DNA from: a virus
Length of the DNA stretch: 64,000 nucleotides
Virus record (IMG/VR): IMGVR_UViG_3300044680_000048
Coordinates: 1 to 64,000 of that record
Strand: one strand, 5' to 3'
The notes beneath the pieces are model-generated. The model saw only the letters and a list, made by a program, of their open reading frames with translations, had not been told where the DNA came from and did not search any database. The translations under genes and the position numbers were made by a program. This document shows positions 18,393-26,599 of the stretch, piece by piece (positions within the stretch are counted from its first letter, which is position 1; each line of letters begins with the position of its first letter).

Positions 18393-18427
18393 AAGACTAG
18401 GTGATTATCACCTGGTCTTCCTTTTCT
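18393..18427 (+). terminator. intrinsic terminator
   Basis: AAGACTAGGTG..CACCTGGTCTT, an 11-13 bp stem (one G-U), followed by CCTTTTCT. Confidence 0.7.
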
Positions 18428-19145
18428 GAAGTAGGCTCCTACTTGGTCAGGCAATCCCTACTACAACTTGTAGTTGTCAACCCTTTGTCAACAAATATTA
18501 CATTAGAAGAAATTAACTTGACAAATACAAAAATATCCAAGACGCTTTGCCTGGCTGTTCAATTATGGTTTATAGTAGAATGTGCCCTTGCGGATGAACT
18601 TATATAGTGTAGTAAGCAGCGTCTTACTATTCCGGCAAGACAGTTTATTACTGTCTATCTTAGTAGGGTGAACGTCTTGGTTATGTGCTCGTTCTCGCCT
18701 GGAATGACTCCAGGAATCCCCATACACATTATTGTATCAATTACAAGTTATATATCTCTTATTTTGATGTTCCGGTCATCTTAGTATTGCCGCAAAGGCA
18801 ATACAGTATTACAATACAGAGCATTTGCCTTATACGGCGTCTTTTAGATGTTCTGCTTATGAGTACACCTTACCGGAAGATAGTTTATTAGAGACGCCTA
18901 GCAGGCGCCACAAGCTTATTACCTCTACTAGTAGTAGCTATTAGTTGTATTAGTAGGGCTAGAGGTATTATTTAACTTGACTTGCCGGCAAAGCAGTAGT
19001 AGGTTGACAAACCTACTACTATGTGGTAGATATCTACTGCCTTACCATACATCATCTTACTGTGTGTATGTATTGCCGGAAGGCAATACTATATCTGTAT
19101 GTGGTATATTGGAATAGTAAGGCACAAGACAAAGAGGGACCGGCA

Positions 19146-19271
19146 ATGTACAATATTATTCTTGATAATGGGCAAACAGTGCAGATGTCCGAAGATAACT
19201 ACAATCTAGTATCTGTATGGGACGGGGAAGCCGATACCCTTGCTATTATCCTCTCACTAGTAGGTGTCTAA
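19146..19271 (+). CDS. hypothetical small protein (41 aa)
   Basis: AAGAGGGA upstream of ATG 19146; the longer track ORF from 19023 is unlikely. Confidence 0.4.
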   Translation: MYNIILDNGQTVQMSEDNYNLVSVWDGEADTLAIILSLVGV

Positions 19272-19393
19272 TGAATAAGAAAGTAATTATGGCTAGATCA
19301 CTAGCACTGTCAATACAGTCCGGTAACTTGGGCTTGGAAAGAAAGAAAGAAGCTTTTATGTTCCTTGCCAGCTTACTGAAGCAATTGAAATAA
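19271..19393 (+). CDS. hypothetical small protein (40 aa)
   Basis: TAATG coupling; below track cutoff. Confidence 0.4.
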   Translation: MNKKVIMARSLALSIQSGNLGLERKKEAFMFLASLLKQLK

Positions 19394-19424
19394 CCCCGCC
19401 CCAGTACTGATAGCCACCCCTACT

Positions 19425-19454
19425 ATGCCGGAAAGACATTCCGGCATTATTTAT
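19425..19454 (+). terminator. intrinsic terminator built from an inverted GCCGGAA word pair
   Basis: ATGCCGGAA (19425-19433), loop AGACA, TTCCGGCAT (19439-19447), then TATTTAT. Confidence 0.65.
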
Positions 19455-19578
19455 ATGCTGATCTACTATAGGATATAGATGAACATCAGATGTTCAACTA
19501 CGGCGGGTAGTGGTTTTTTTCTACTACGGCGGATAGGAGATTACTAGGACGCCCCTCTAATTTAAAATTGTGGGGACC

Positions 19579-20847
19579 TGAGACCTACTTTTTTAAGCTG
19601 GGGGGGCTCTACTTTTTTATCAACCTAGACTAAACGACTTCAACTTTACTGTCGTCGCCAATCATCAATCTAAAGGCAATTGGTTTCATCATTCCGCGCG
19701 TCAGTTCTACGTTTACGCCGATCAAGCTGTCTTCGATGCGTCCGTGGAAATCTAAGATTTGGCAATTCTCACGAAGGATGCAGTGCCCGAGTTCTGTATG
19801 ACTTACCCGAGCGCGGTCGCCGATGGAGGTGAAAGGACCAACGTAGCTATCTTCCAACATGCAGTCTTCGCCGATCACTGCCGGTCCGCGCACGACACAG
19901 TTCTTCAAGACGCTGCCTTTGCCGACGTGAACGCGTCCGGAGATGCGCGAGTCACCTTCTGCGGTGCCCAGCATTGATACGTCGGTCATTTCGTCGAGAA
20001 CGACGCGGTTTGCTTCCAGCATGTCGTCTTTCTTTCCGGTATCGAGCCACCAGCTCTGCAAAACGTAGCTATCTACGTGGTGTCCGATGTTGATCAGATG
20101 CTGAATCGCGTCCGTTATTTCCAGTTCTCCGCGCTTGCTAGGCTTGATTTCGTCGATTGCGCGATGAATATTTTTGTTGAACAGATACACTCCAACCAGT
20201 GCCAGATTGGATTTCGGCTTGGCCGGCTTCTCTTCCAGGCAGATTATTCGCCCTTCTTCAGTCAGTTGAGCAACACCGAACGAGCTGGGATTCGCGACCT
20301 CCTTCAAAAGAATGAACGCATCGGCTGTGCCTTCGTTGAAGCGTTTGACCAGGGGCGCAACACCATCTTTGATCAAGTTGTCGCCGAGATACATGACGAA
20401 TGTGTCGTCGCCGAGAAATGGGCGAGCTGTCTTTACGGCGTGGGCAAGCCCTAGCGGCTGCGCCTGTTCGATATAGGTGATTTTGATGCCCCAGTGGCTG
20501 CCATCACCGACGACGGCTCTCACATCCGCTCCGGTTTCAGGGCTGATGATGATACCGATATCGTGTATTCCAGCGCTCTTAATGGCTTCGATGCCATAAT
20601 AAATGATCGGTTTATTCGCAACGGGAAGTAGCTGTTTAGCGGCTGTGTGCGTTATTGGCCGCATGCGAGTACCCTTGCCGCCGCTTAAAATTAGTCCTTT
20701 CATTTTTTGCGCCCTTTTGTGATTCAACCACGCTCTAGTAAGCGCCGCGTAGGACGCTTTTCTGTATAAATCTTAAGAATCAGTTCTACTTTTTTAAGCA
20801 CAACCTTGGCAATCAACTTATTAACACCTGAACTTTTTTAGGTCTCA
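19579..20847. other. GC-rich foreign cassette bracketed by repeats
   Basis: CTACTTTTTTAAGC at 19585-19598 and 20786-20799; TGAGACCTA 19579-19587 versus TAGGTCTCA 20839-20847; composition shifts at both ends. Confidence 0.6.
19630..20703 (-). CDS. rmlA: glucose-1-phosphate thymidylyltransferase, long form (nucleotidyltransferase + left-handed beta-helix)
   Basis: MKGLILSGGKGTRMRPIT..KQLLPVANKP.., LGLAHAV, EKP, hexapeptide-like C-terminal part; ATG 20703 with AAGGG upstream (the track's TTG 20727 is less likely). Confidence 0.88.
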   Translation of the reverse strand: MKGLILSGGKGTRMRPITHTAAKQLLPVANKPIIYYGIEAIKSAGIHDIGIIISPETGADVRAVVGDGSHWGIKITYIEQAQPLGLAHAVKTARPFLGDDTFVMYLGDNLIKDGVAPLVKRFNEGTADAFILLKEVANPSSFGVAQLTEEGRIICLEEKPAKPKSNLALVGVYLFNKNIHRAIDEIKPSKRGELEITDAIQHLINIGHHVDSYVLQSWWLDTGKKDDMLEANRVVLDEMTDVSMLGTAEGDSRISGRVHVGKGSVLKNCVVRGPAVIGEDCMLEDSYVGPFTSIGDRARVSHTELGHCILRENCQILDFHGRIEDSLIGVNVELTRGMMKPIAFRLMIGDDSKVEVV

Positions 20848-20853
20848 TATATT

Positions 20854-21438
20854 TTAAGTCCACTGGTCAGCCATGGCATTTGCAATACCTTGATAGGTCT
20901 TGGATCTTTCTTTCCACCTATTTTCAGAAGGTGGTAAGTAGTGGAGTCTTTGAGCCAAAGCTTTATTTTGGGGCAGTTCTACTATATTAGTAGGCTTTAA
21001 ATTTGGTAGATTCTTAAGCCACAAGCACGTAGCTTTCCTCTCAGGATGTCCATACTGGTATGGTTGAATTATCTGGTCCGGTTTTCTATAATTACTGGAC
21101 ATTACCCCAATAGGATTTTCTATTGCTACTTTAGGGATACTAGAATTGGCGAACAACATGAAGAACTTTATAGCCTCTTCCCTGTCTTGTACTCTAGTAG
21201 GGAATCTATCTTTGAATTCCGGTTTCATCCATTTATTACCTGATACAGTTAAAAAGGTACAAGGAGGATGAGCTATCATAAGGTCCCAAGATTCATCAAG
21301 GACTTCCCTTATGTCTCCTTGATAGTGAGGTCCCTCTCTCTCTGTAGGCAGTAAATCACAAGACATTGCATCATGACCCTTGGCAATAAATGCGTCTCTA
21401 ACTATTCCCGAATACTCACAAGCTATTAATATTTTCAT
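20854..21438 (-). CDS. small phage-type DNA (cytosine-5) methyltransferase-like protein
   Basis: MKILIACEYSG.VRDAF...GHDA.SCDL, AHPPCT (PC motif IV-like), ENP, RKPDQIIQP, TY.GIA.AMA.QW; family remembered from phage annotations. Confidence 0.6.
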   Translation of the reverse strand: MKILIACEYSGIVRDAFIAKGHDAMSCDLLPTEREGPHYQGDIREVLDESWDLMIAHPPCTFLTVSGNKWMKPEFKDRFPTRVQDREEAIKFFMLFANSSIPKVAIENPIGVMSSNYRKPDQIIQPYQYGHPERKATCLWLKNLPNLKPTNIVELPQNKALAQRLHYLPPSENRWKERSKTYQGIANAMADQWT

Positions 21439-22108
21439 TCTTTTTCATTGTTCCCCAAGGGTTATATTTACCTGGATAAGATCTCTGGGCGGAATAGTAC
21501 TTCCGGAAATAGAGGGGATATTTCTTCCCTAATCCCCGATTAGCGTAGTTATTCTCATGTTGTATTACTCGCCGGACTATATGATTAGCAACCTCAATTG
21601 GTGGAAGATTCTTGTAATTGAAGTGCCATAAGGTATCATTAAGATTCTTATATTCTCTGTACTGTATCCAGAACTTCCCGTCTTTATTAGTTCCTAATTT
21701 TAGATCTACACTCCTGTGCCGGATTAATTCAAATTGTATTCCAACCCAAGGAGATCCCTTTTGGATAGTTATTAACCAATCTTCATGGCGTATCCCCCAA
21801 CCTGTATGGTGAGAGACGGATTCCAGATAGAACCTCTCAGCAGCGGCAATAGCCTCTTCAGTTAAGTATTCATTTATTTCTTTTCGGAAGGAGTCAAATA
21901 AATCTCTGAACTTCTCTAGTTCAGATTTCCATTGAAGATATGCCCCTATTGCTGAATCAGTTTGAGTAGAAAAATGCTTAGGTGGGAACTCCATATCAGG
22001 ACCCAAAGCCATTCCGGTTGCGTCCATCCAAGTTTCAGTTTTTCTCTTTTCTCGGGCAGCATCAATCTGAAGTTGCCAAAACTCTATTAAACTTTCTATT
22101 TCTCTCAT
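21416..22108 (-). CDS. hypothetical protein (230 aa)
   Basis: ORF track; 23-nt overlap with the downstream MTase-like gene. Confidence 0.65.
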   Translation of the reverse strand: MREIESLIEFWQLQIDAAREKRKTETWMDATGMALGPDMEFPPKHFSTQTDSAIGAYLQWKSELEKFRDLFDSFRKEINEYLTEEAIAAAERFYLESVSHHTGWGIRHEDWLITIQKGSPWVGIQFELIRHRSVDLKLGTNKDGKFWIQYREYKNLNDTLWHFNYKNLPPIEVANHIVRRVIQHENNYANRGLGKKYPLYFRKYYSAQRSYPGKYNPWGTMKKNENINSL

Positions 22109-22269
22109 TAAACTTATCCTACTTTTTAAGGCTCAGGGTAATACTTTTTATATTCCTCATAAGCTTCTTCTGTTATATACACATCCCTTAATAAAAGAAA
22201 ACTTACTATAGCCCATTATTTAATGCCCCAAGTCATCTTCTAATTTCTTAATCATTTCCCACCTACAGC

Positions 22270-22446
22270 CTAACGTCCTAAAGTAGCAACTTTATTATAC
22301 AACCCTTCGGGGTCTACTGTCAAGTAGTCTCTGGGGGTTCTATAGTCAATATATGAATTAGGTGTATCCCACCATAATTTAATATTCTCAGGACTAAAAA
22401 AATCAGATAGTTGAAGATTAATTAATCTTTCCCAATCAATTGGCAC
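22270..22446 (-). CDS. small protein (58 aa) resembling an Xre/MbcA/ParS-type (DUF2384) toxin-binding domain
   Basis: GTG start overlapping the upstream TAG (TAGTG); ..LWWDTPNSYIDYRTPRDYLTVDPEGLYNKVATLGR fits the W..PN...TP.d.L...G...V...L.R pattern; below track cutoff. Confidence 0.4.
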   Translation of the reverse strand: MPIDWERLINLQLSDFFSPENIKLWWDTPNSYIDYRTPRDYLTVDPEGLYNKVATLGR

Positions 22447-22712
22447 TATTCATCCTCTATAAGGCTATAGTCCAGATGGTCAAATTGTTCCTTTAACTCT
22501 CTAATTAATTTCTTGGTTAGGCGGAAGAATGATCCATCTCCTCCATCTCCAGCACTTATATAATACCCGGCTTTATCCCATTGGGTATCCTCCGGGTAAT
22601 ATAGTAACTCCATACGCATCCCATATGTTGGGTCATACCAGCAACACAATTTCTGTTTCTTATTCCCATATGTATCCATTAGGTCTTCTCCAGCATCTAA
22701 GTTAAAGTTCAT
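22446..22712 (-). CDS. hypothetical protein (88 aa)
   Basis: ORF track; ATGA-type coupling. Confidence 0.6.
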   Translation of the reverse strand: MNFNLDAGEDLMDTYGNKKQKLCCWYDPTYGMRMELLYYPEDTQWDKAGYYISAGDGGDGSFFRLTKKLIRELKEQFDHLDYSLIEDE

Positions 22713-22966
22713 TCATCTAATCCTCTATAAAATTTCATCGCTATTCTCTTGATTTCATGTTCTTTATGTTCAGGGTAAAGATCAGATAGAAGGGCATTCA
22801 TACAAAAATATACAATATAACACCCCTTCATGATCTTCGGATCTTCATCTACATAAAAATTAAGATTCCGGTCCATGTAAAATCTACATTCTATAGGACT
22901 CCCGGCTTTGCGGTAAGCATCCATAAGATTATTATAGATCTCAGTTTCTAATGTACTCTTTATCAA
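22709..22966 (-). CDS. hypothetical protein (85 aa)
   Basis: ORF track. Confidence 0.6.
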   Translation of the reverse strand: MIKSTLETEIYNNLMDAYRKAGSPIECRFYMDRNLNFYVDEDPKIMKGCYIVYFCMNALLSDLYPEHKEHEIKRIAMKFYRGLDE

Positions 22967-23399
22967 TGAAGACTTCTCCGTTGAGGTGGTCTATTTCGTG
23001 TATGATACAGCGGGCAAGAAGTCCATCAGTAGATAATTGGTGAAGCTGTCCACGAAGGTCTTGGTACTTTACAAATATAGAGGAACTCCTCTTAATGTCA
23101 AGGTATATTCCGGGAAAACTTAAACAACCTTCCCGCCCAACCTCCTCAATAGTAGAAAAAGAACAAATCTCAGGATTAACCATAACTCCACTGAAGTTAG
23201 GCGGAACATCTACGACTATAACCCTCAAAGATTTTCCAACTTGAGGGGCGGCAAGACCTAAACCCTTATTGTCAAACATTACACTGAACATACCTTTTAC
23301 TAGAAGACGTAGATGTCCGTCAAACTCAGTGATAGGTTTAGCAATTTTCTTAAGAATAGGATCGGTAGATTTAACTAGTCTAAAGGTACTCATCAACAT
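22941..23399 (-). CDS. def: peptide deformylase
   Basis: All three PDF motifs are present: GLGLAAPQVG, EGCLSFPG, HEIDHLNG. Confidence 0.9.
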   Translation of the reverse strand: MLMSTFRLVKSTDPILKKIAKPITEFDGHLRLLVKGMFSVMFDNKGLGLAAPQVGKSLRVIVVDVPPNFSGVMVNPEICSFSTIEEVGREGCLSFPGIYLDIKRSSSIFVKYQDLRGQLHQLSTDGLLARCIIHEIDHLNGEVFIDKEYIRN

Positions 23400-23580
23400 G
23401 GGACTCTACCCATTCTCTTAACATTATTCCTACAGGGACTTTTAAGGTATCAGAAATTATGATAATTTTCTCAATGGTTTCCGGAGAGAGTTTAACAGTA
23501 AGTTGCCCTTTAGCGGCAATCCTTTTTCGTGTATCAATTCTAGACTGCTTTCTCCAAGCTTCTAATTTCTCTTTATCCAT
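23380..23580 (-). CDS. possible ribbon-helix-helix (CopG/BrnA-like) small protein
   Basis: ..LTVKLSPETIEKI...LREWVESHV pattern; weak. Confidence 0.45.
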   Translation of the reverse strand: MDKEKLEAWRKQSRIDTRKRIAAKGQLTVKLSPETIEKIIIISDTLKVPVGIMLREWVESHVDEYL

Positions 23581-23613
23581 TTAAGAATAACTCCGAATGT
23601 TCCTTAATAGACT

Positions 23614-23829
23614 CTAGGAGAGGTGGCAATATTCATCAATCATGTCCCTCAAAAGACTTATTTCTTCATCTGACAGTTCCCACATATTACCATCTTGGAC
23701 TCCATAACCTAAAGAAATTACAATTGAAGGCTTTAGGGGTTTTCCATCATCTGTTATTCCCTTAAAGGTTATCCCAATAGAAGAATCGGGACTCCCTAAA
23801 AAACTATATACCTTCCTATTAAAGACCAT
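23614..23829 (-). CDS. hypothetical protein (71 aa)
   Basis: ORF track. Confidence 0.55.
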   Translation of the reverse strand: MVFNRKVYSFLGSPDSSIGITFKGITDDGKPLKPSIVISLGYGVQDGNMWELSDEEISLLRDMIDEYCHLS

Positions 23830-24286
23830 TAATTAATTCATCCGTAGTGAGTTTCTTTATTACTGTAAAGTTAGAAGAAGTAGCCCCTCTTAGACCTTGC
23901 CGGACAATATTGCCAGGATAGAACATATCTACTGTCTCCATACCAGATTTAAGAAAAACGATAAGGGTCTCATACCCAGAAGAAACTAAGAAAAGACCGG
24001 AAGCCTTCTTAAGATCTAATTCCTCTTCTTTCCTAATCTGTTCTTCCAAATCTTGGACAACTTTCTTAGCCTCTTTAAGCTGTTCCGATAAAGCTGTGAC
24101 CACCAGAGTTAAGTTATTAGGGAAATATCCACCATTCATTTGGCCCATATTATTACGAACATCCCATTCTACATGTACATATGGCTCACCTATACGGACC
24201 ACATGTCCTATGGCATCTGTTCTTTTATCCGTTCTATAATTTGGTCCTAGTTGAACTTTATCTCCTACTTTAAATTTATTCTCCAA
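23819..24286 (-). CDS. hypothetical protein (155 aa)
   Basis: ORF track. Confidence 0.6.
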   Translation of the reverse strand: MENKFKVGDKVQLGPNYRTDKRTDAIGHVVRIGEPYVHVEWDVRNNMGQMNGGYFPNNLTLVVTALSEQLKEAKKVVQDLEEQIRKEEELDLKKASGLFLVSSGYETLIVFLKSGMETVDMFYPGNIVRQGLRGATSSNFTVIKKLTTDELINGL

Positions 24287-24479
24287 AGAATTCCTTCCTT
24301 TCTGTTTTAGTGAGGCTATTTTCCCAAGCTATATCCATTAAATTTCCTAACTGTTTTTGAACTTTCCGGACTTCTTCAATAAAGCTTGCCGGAAGATTAA
24401 CATTCTGATGAAATAGTTCCAATACATCATTAGAACAAGATACTCTTTCATAAATAGGAATCCAATCTTTTTTAACCAT
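24276..24479 (-). CDS. hypothetical protein (67 aa)
   Basis: ORF track. Confidence 0.55.
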   Translation of the reverse strand: MVKKDWIPIYERVSCSNDVLELFHQNVNLPASFIEEVRKVQKQLGNLMDIAWENSLTKTERKEFFGE

Positions 24480-24583
24480 TATCCCTCATCTATTTGAACA
24501 GGTTTTGCCTAGTATACCAAATAATGACTAGTAACATTACAATGAACGTAACCATTATTACGGTCAAGGTTAAATCATCCATC

Positions 24584-25018
24584 TTAAATCATTGTCCTAT
24601 TAAAGAGTTGAAAGTCTTGAAGTCTTCTTTCGTGGATAGAAGCAATTCCCTTATCAAGGGAGAACCATTTATTGATATTAGTCATGTCTTCCAACATACC
24701 AGACTTTAGTAGTTTTGTCAACCCTACGTTGAATAGAACATCAGCTAAGGCATTCCATTGATTTTGATTTAAGGGGACCGGAACCACCTTAGATAATTCT
24801 ACATCAACTTGAAGGATATCTTTATTAAATATTTCATAAACTTTCTGGTCATTAAGGGTAGCGGAAAGCATCCAACCCTCTGCGGGAAGAACTATATAAT
24901 GCCCAATTCCTATAGAGTGCCCCTTATTGTCTTTATAGGCTTCATATCTCTTCTTCTCGAAAGAAGCAATAAAATCTTTGCCGGATTGATCTGTATTCAT
25001 TTGTATGTAACTCCCCAA
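24584..25018 (-). CDS. T4-type lysozyme (GH24) endolysin
   Basis: FIASFEKKRYEAYKDNKGHSIGIGH matches the catalytic E...D...T/S-IGIGH core of GH24. Confidence 0.8.
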   Translation of the reverse strand: MGSYIQMNTDQSGKDFIASFEKKRYEAYKDNKGHSIGIGHYIVLPAEGWMLSATLNDQKVYEIFNKDILQVDVELSKVVPVPLNQNQWNALADVLFNVGLTKLLKSGMLEDMTNINKWFSLDKGIASIHERRLQDFQLFNRTMI

Positions 25019-25248
25019 ATTCGATTTCTAGTACGGGAACCCCTAGTTACTACTAGATTATTAGGAACAAAATAATGCTTATCCACTCTAATAAACTTTA
25101 TCCGCTTATTAGAAATAAGTCCATGTATGTCTTGTGTAGACCATAGTTCCCTGTGGCAGAACTCACTCAAGGAGATATAGTCTGCCGGAAGTCTACCTTC
25201 CTCTTTAAGAGTAGTGGTTTTCTTTTTTAAAAAAGCTAAAGTAGTCAT
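24997..25248 (-). CDS. hypothetical protein (83 aa)
   Basis: ORF track. Confidence 0.55.
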   Translation of the reverse strand: MTTLAFLKKKTTTLKEEGRLPADYISLSEFCHRELWSTQDIHGLISNKRIKFIRVDKHYFVPNNLVVTRGSRTRNRIWGVTYK

Positions 25249-25291
25249 GTTAGAATACTACCATAGTAATAGGTTAGAGGTCAAGATATAA

Positions 25292-25501
25292 ATGGTTACG
25301 ATTGCGGAAATTACTACAGTTCTAGATCAGCTTGTTGCTGATGCCCAGAAATTTGCTACGGTAGAGCCTACCTTTCTGACAGAACTTACGACAGCAGTAG
25401 CTGCTGTTAAGGCTGTTATTCCTACTAGTACTCTAAAAGGTCTAGAAGCAGGTGCAGTTGCAGATCTACATAAATTTGAAGCTCTTTTTAAAAAGAAATA
25501 A
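25292..25501 (+). CDS. hypothetical Ala/Val-rich helical protein (69 aa), lone + strand gene
   Basis: ORF track; followed by a strong terminator. Confidence 0.5.
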   Translation: MVTIAEITTVLDQLVADAQKFATVEPTFLTELTTAVAAVKAVIPTSTLKGLEAGAVADLHKFEALFKKK

Positions 25502-25527
25502 TCTTTTTTGCGGACTACTTAAAAATT

Positions 25528-25560
25528 AAGACTCCCAATTGGGAGTCTTTTTGTTGTTTA
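25528..25560 (+). terminator. intrinsic terminator
   Basis: AAGACTCCC-AATT-GGGAGTCTT followed by TTTGTTGTTT. Confidence 0.8.
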
Positions 25561-25580
25561 CTGTACAGTAAATATTAAAA

Positions 25581-25612
25581 AGGCTCCGTTTCCGAAGCCC
25601 TTTCTTTTTTTG
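25581..25612. terminator. bidirectional terminator-like hairpin
   Basis: GGCTCCG-TTTC-CGAAGCC (one mismatch) with T-runs on both strands; lies just after the minus-strand stop at 25617. Confidence 0.55.
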
Positions 25613-25616
25613 TCTA

Positions 25617-25949
25617 CTAGCTAGCCGGAGCTTCAGGAGCAGCTGGTACGGCATCGGCAGCATCTAGTGCAGCTTGTGCAGCAGCAATTGAAGCGCCTAC
25701 AGCAGTAGCCTGATCCACGTCACTTTGGGTGACAGAATTAGCCAGAGCAGCAGCATAATCAGCGGCTACACGGGCCACGTCTTGTGAAAGAGCAGCCGCA
25801 TCTGCTGTAGCAGCAGCAAGGGCACTCCTAAGTGAATCTATTAGAGCCATGGTTTCTTTTAATTCCTTATTGAGTAAATTGTACGTACAATACTGATTGT
25901 ATAACAAATCTGTAAAGGCGGAAAGCCTTTCCCTAATCCACTTCTTCAC
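25617..25949 (-). CDS. hypothetical Ala-rich protein (110 aa)
   Basis: ORF track. Confidence 0.55.
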   Translation of the reverse strand: MKKWIRERLSAFTDLLYNQYCTYNLLNKELKETMALIDSLRSALAAATADAAALSQDVARVAADYAAALANSVTQSDVDQATAVGASIAAAQAALDAADAVPAAPEAPAS

Positions 25950-26167
25950 TTTTCAACCCCTTCTTTAAATTCACAGGTAACAGTATAAATTCCCTTATTA
26001 ACTTCTTCTTGTAGACCCTTCTTCTTCCGGCCGAAGCAGGTACAACAAGCTACATATTCTTTGAATTCTTCCCTGGTAACGGCTACCTTCCAACCGAAGA
26101 TATTGAAATTATTGTCCTTTAACCACTTATGGTAATGAGGGAGGCAAACAAAACAGACTTCTATCAT
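25946..26167 (-). CDS. hypothetical Cys-rich protein (73 aa)
   Basis: ORF track; ATGA-type coupling. Confidence 0.55.
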   Translation of the reverse strand: MIEVCFVCLPHYHKWLKDNNFNIFGWKVAVTREEFKEYVACCTCFGRKKKGLQEEVNKGIYTVTCEFKEGVEK

Positions 26168-26418
26168 TTTATCCTCAGCTCTTGTACCCTTGCGCGAAAG
26201 CGCCTGAGGGCAGAAGCAATAATATTCTTCTTATAAGTAGCTTTCATTTTCCATTGTTTATAGTTCAAGCCTTGAAATTCTTCTTCCGGCACGTCATTTA
26301 TTTGAAAAAGAATGTCTTCTAAGCTATCGGAAAGCTCTAAAACAGCATCAACTGCGGATAAAAGGTCAAAATCTTCAGGTTTTGCTGTCAAAAGGTAATT
26401 TATATTGTCTTTATCCAC
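26164..26418 (-). CDS. hypothetical protein (84 aa)
   Basis: ORF track. Confidence 0.55.
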   Translation of the reverse strand: MDKDNINYLLTAKPEDFDLLSAVDAVLELSDSLEDILFQINDVPEEEFQGLNYKQWKMKATYKKNIIASALRRFRARVQELRIK

Positions 26419-26599
26419 TTACTATTCCCATAAATTCATTAGGTTCTAAGTAGAATTTTAACTCTTCCGGACTAAAGTACTCCAAAGGTGAACTTTCAAG
26501 AAGGGAAATACGGGATTCTAGGGCAATAATTCGGTCTTCTAACAGTTTTACTTGATTGTTAAGCTTATTAATCATACTATTTAGGGTTGTAGGGTTCAT
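26411..26599 (-). CDS. hypothetical coiled-coil protein (62 aa)
   Basis: ORF track. Confidence 0.55.
   Translation of the reverse strand: MNPTTLNSMINKLNNQVKLLEDRIIALESRISLLESSPLEYFSPEELKFYLEPNEFMGIVSG

Noticed and set aside
18401-19145. ORFs 18401-18607 and 18685-18891, and the long form of 19023-19271
   Set aside because: They have alternative starts with no RBS and low-complexity peptides, and they overlap strong hairpins and promoter-like hexamers.
19580-20846. The inverted-repeat cores are GAGACC and GGTCTC (the BsaI/Eco31I site) facing outward, reminiscent of a Golden Gate drop-out cassette
   Set aside because: Another GGTCTC occurs elsewhere (56053-56058). The flanks are embedded in copies of a native intergenic element, and the gene has a plausible natural RBS. 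This is probably coincidence, but an engineering or assembly artefact should still be excluded with raw reads.
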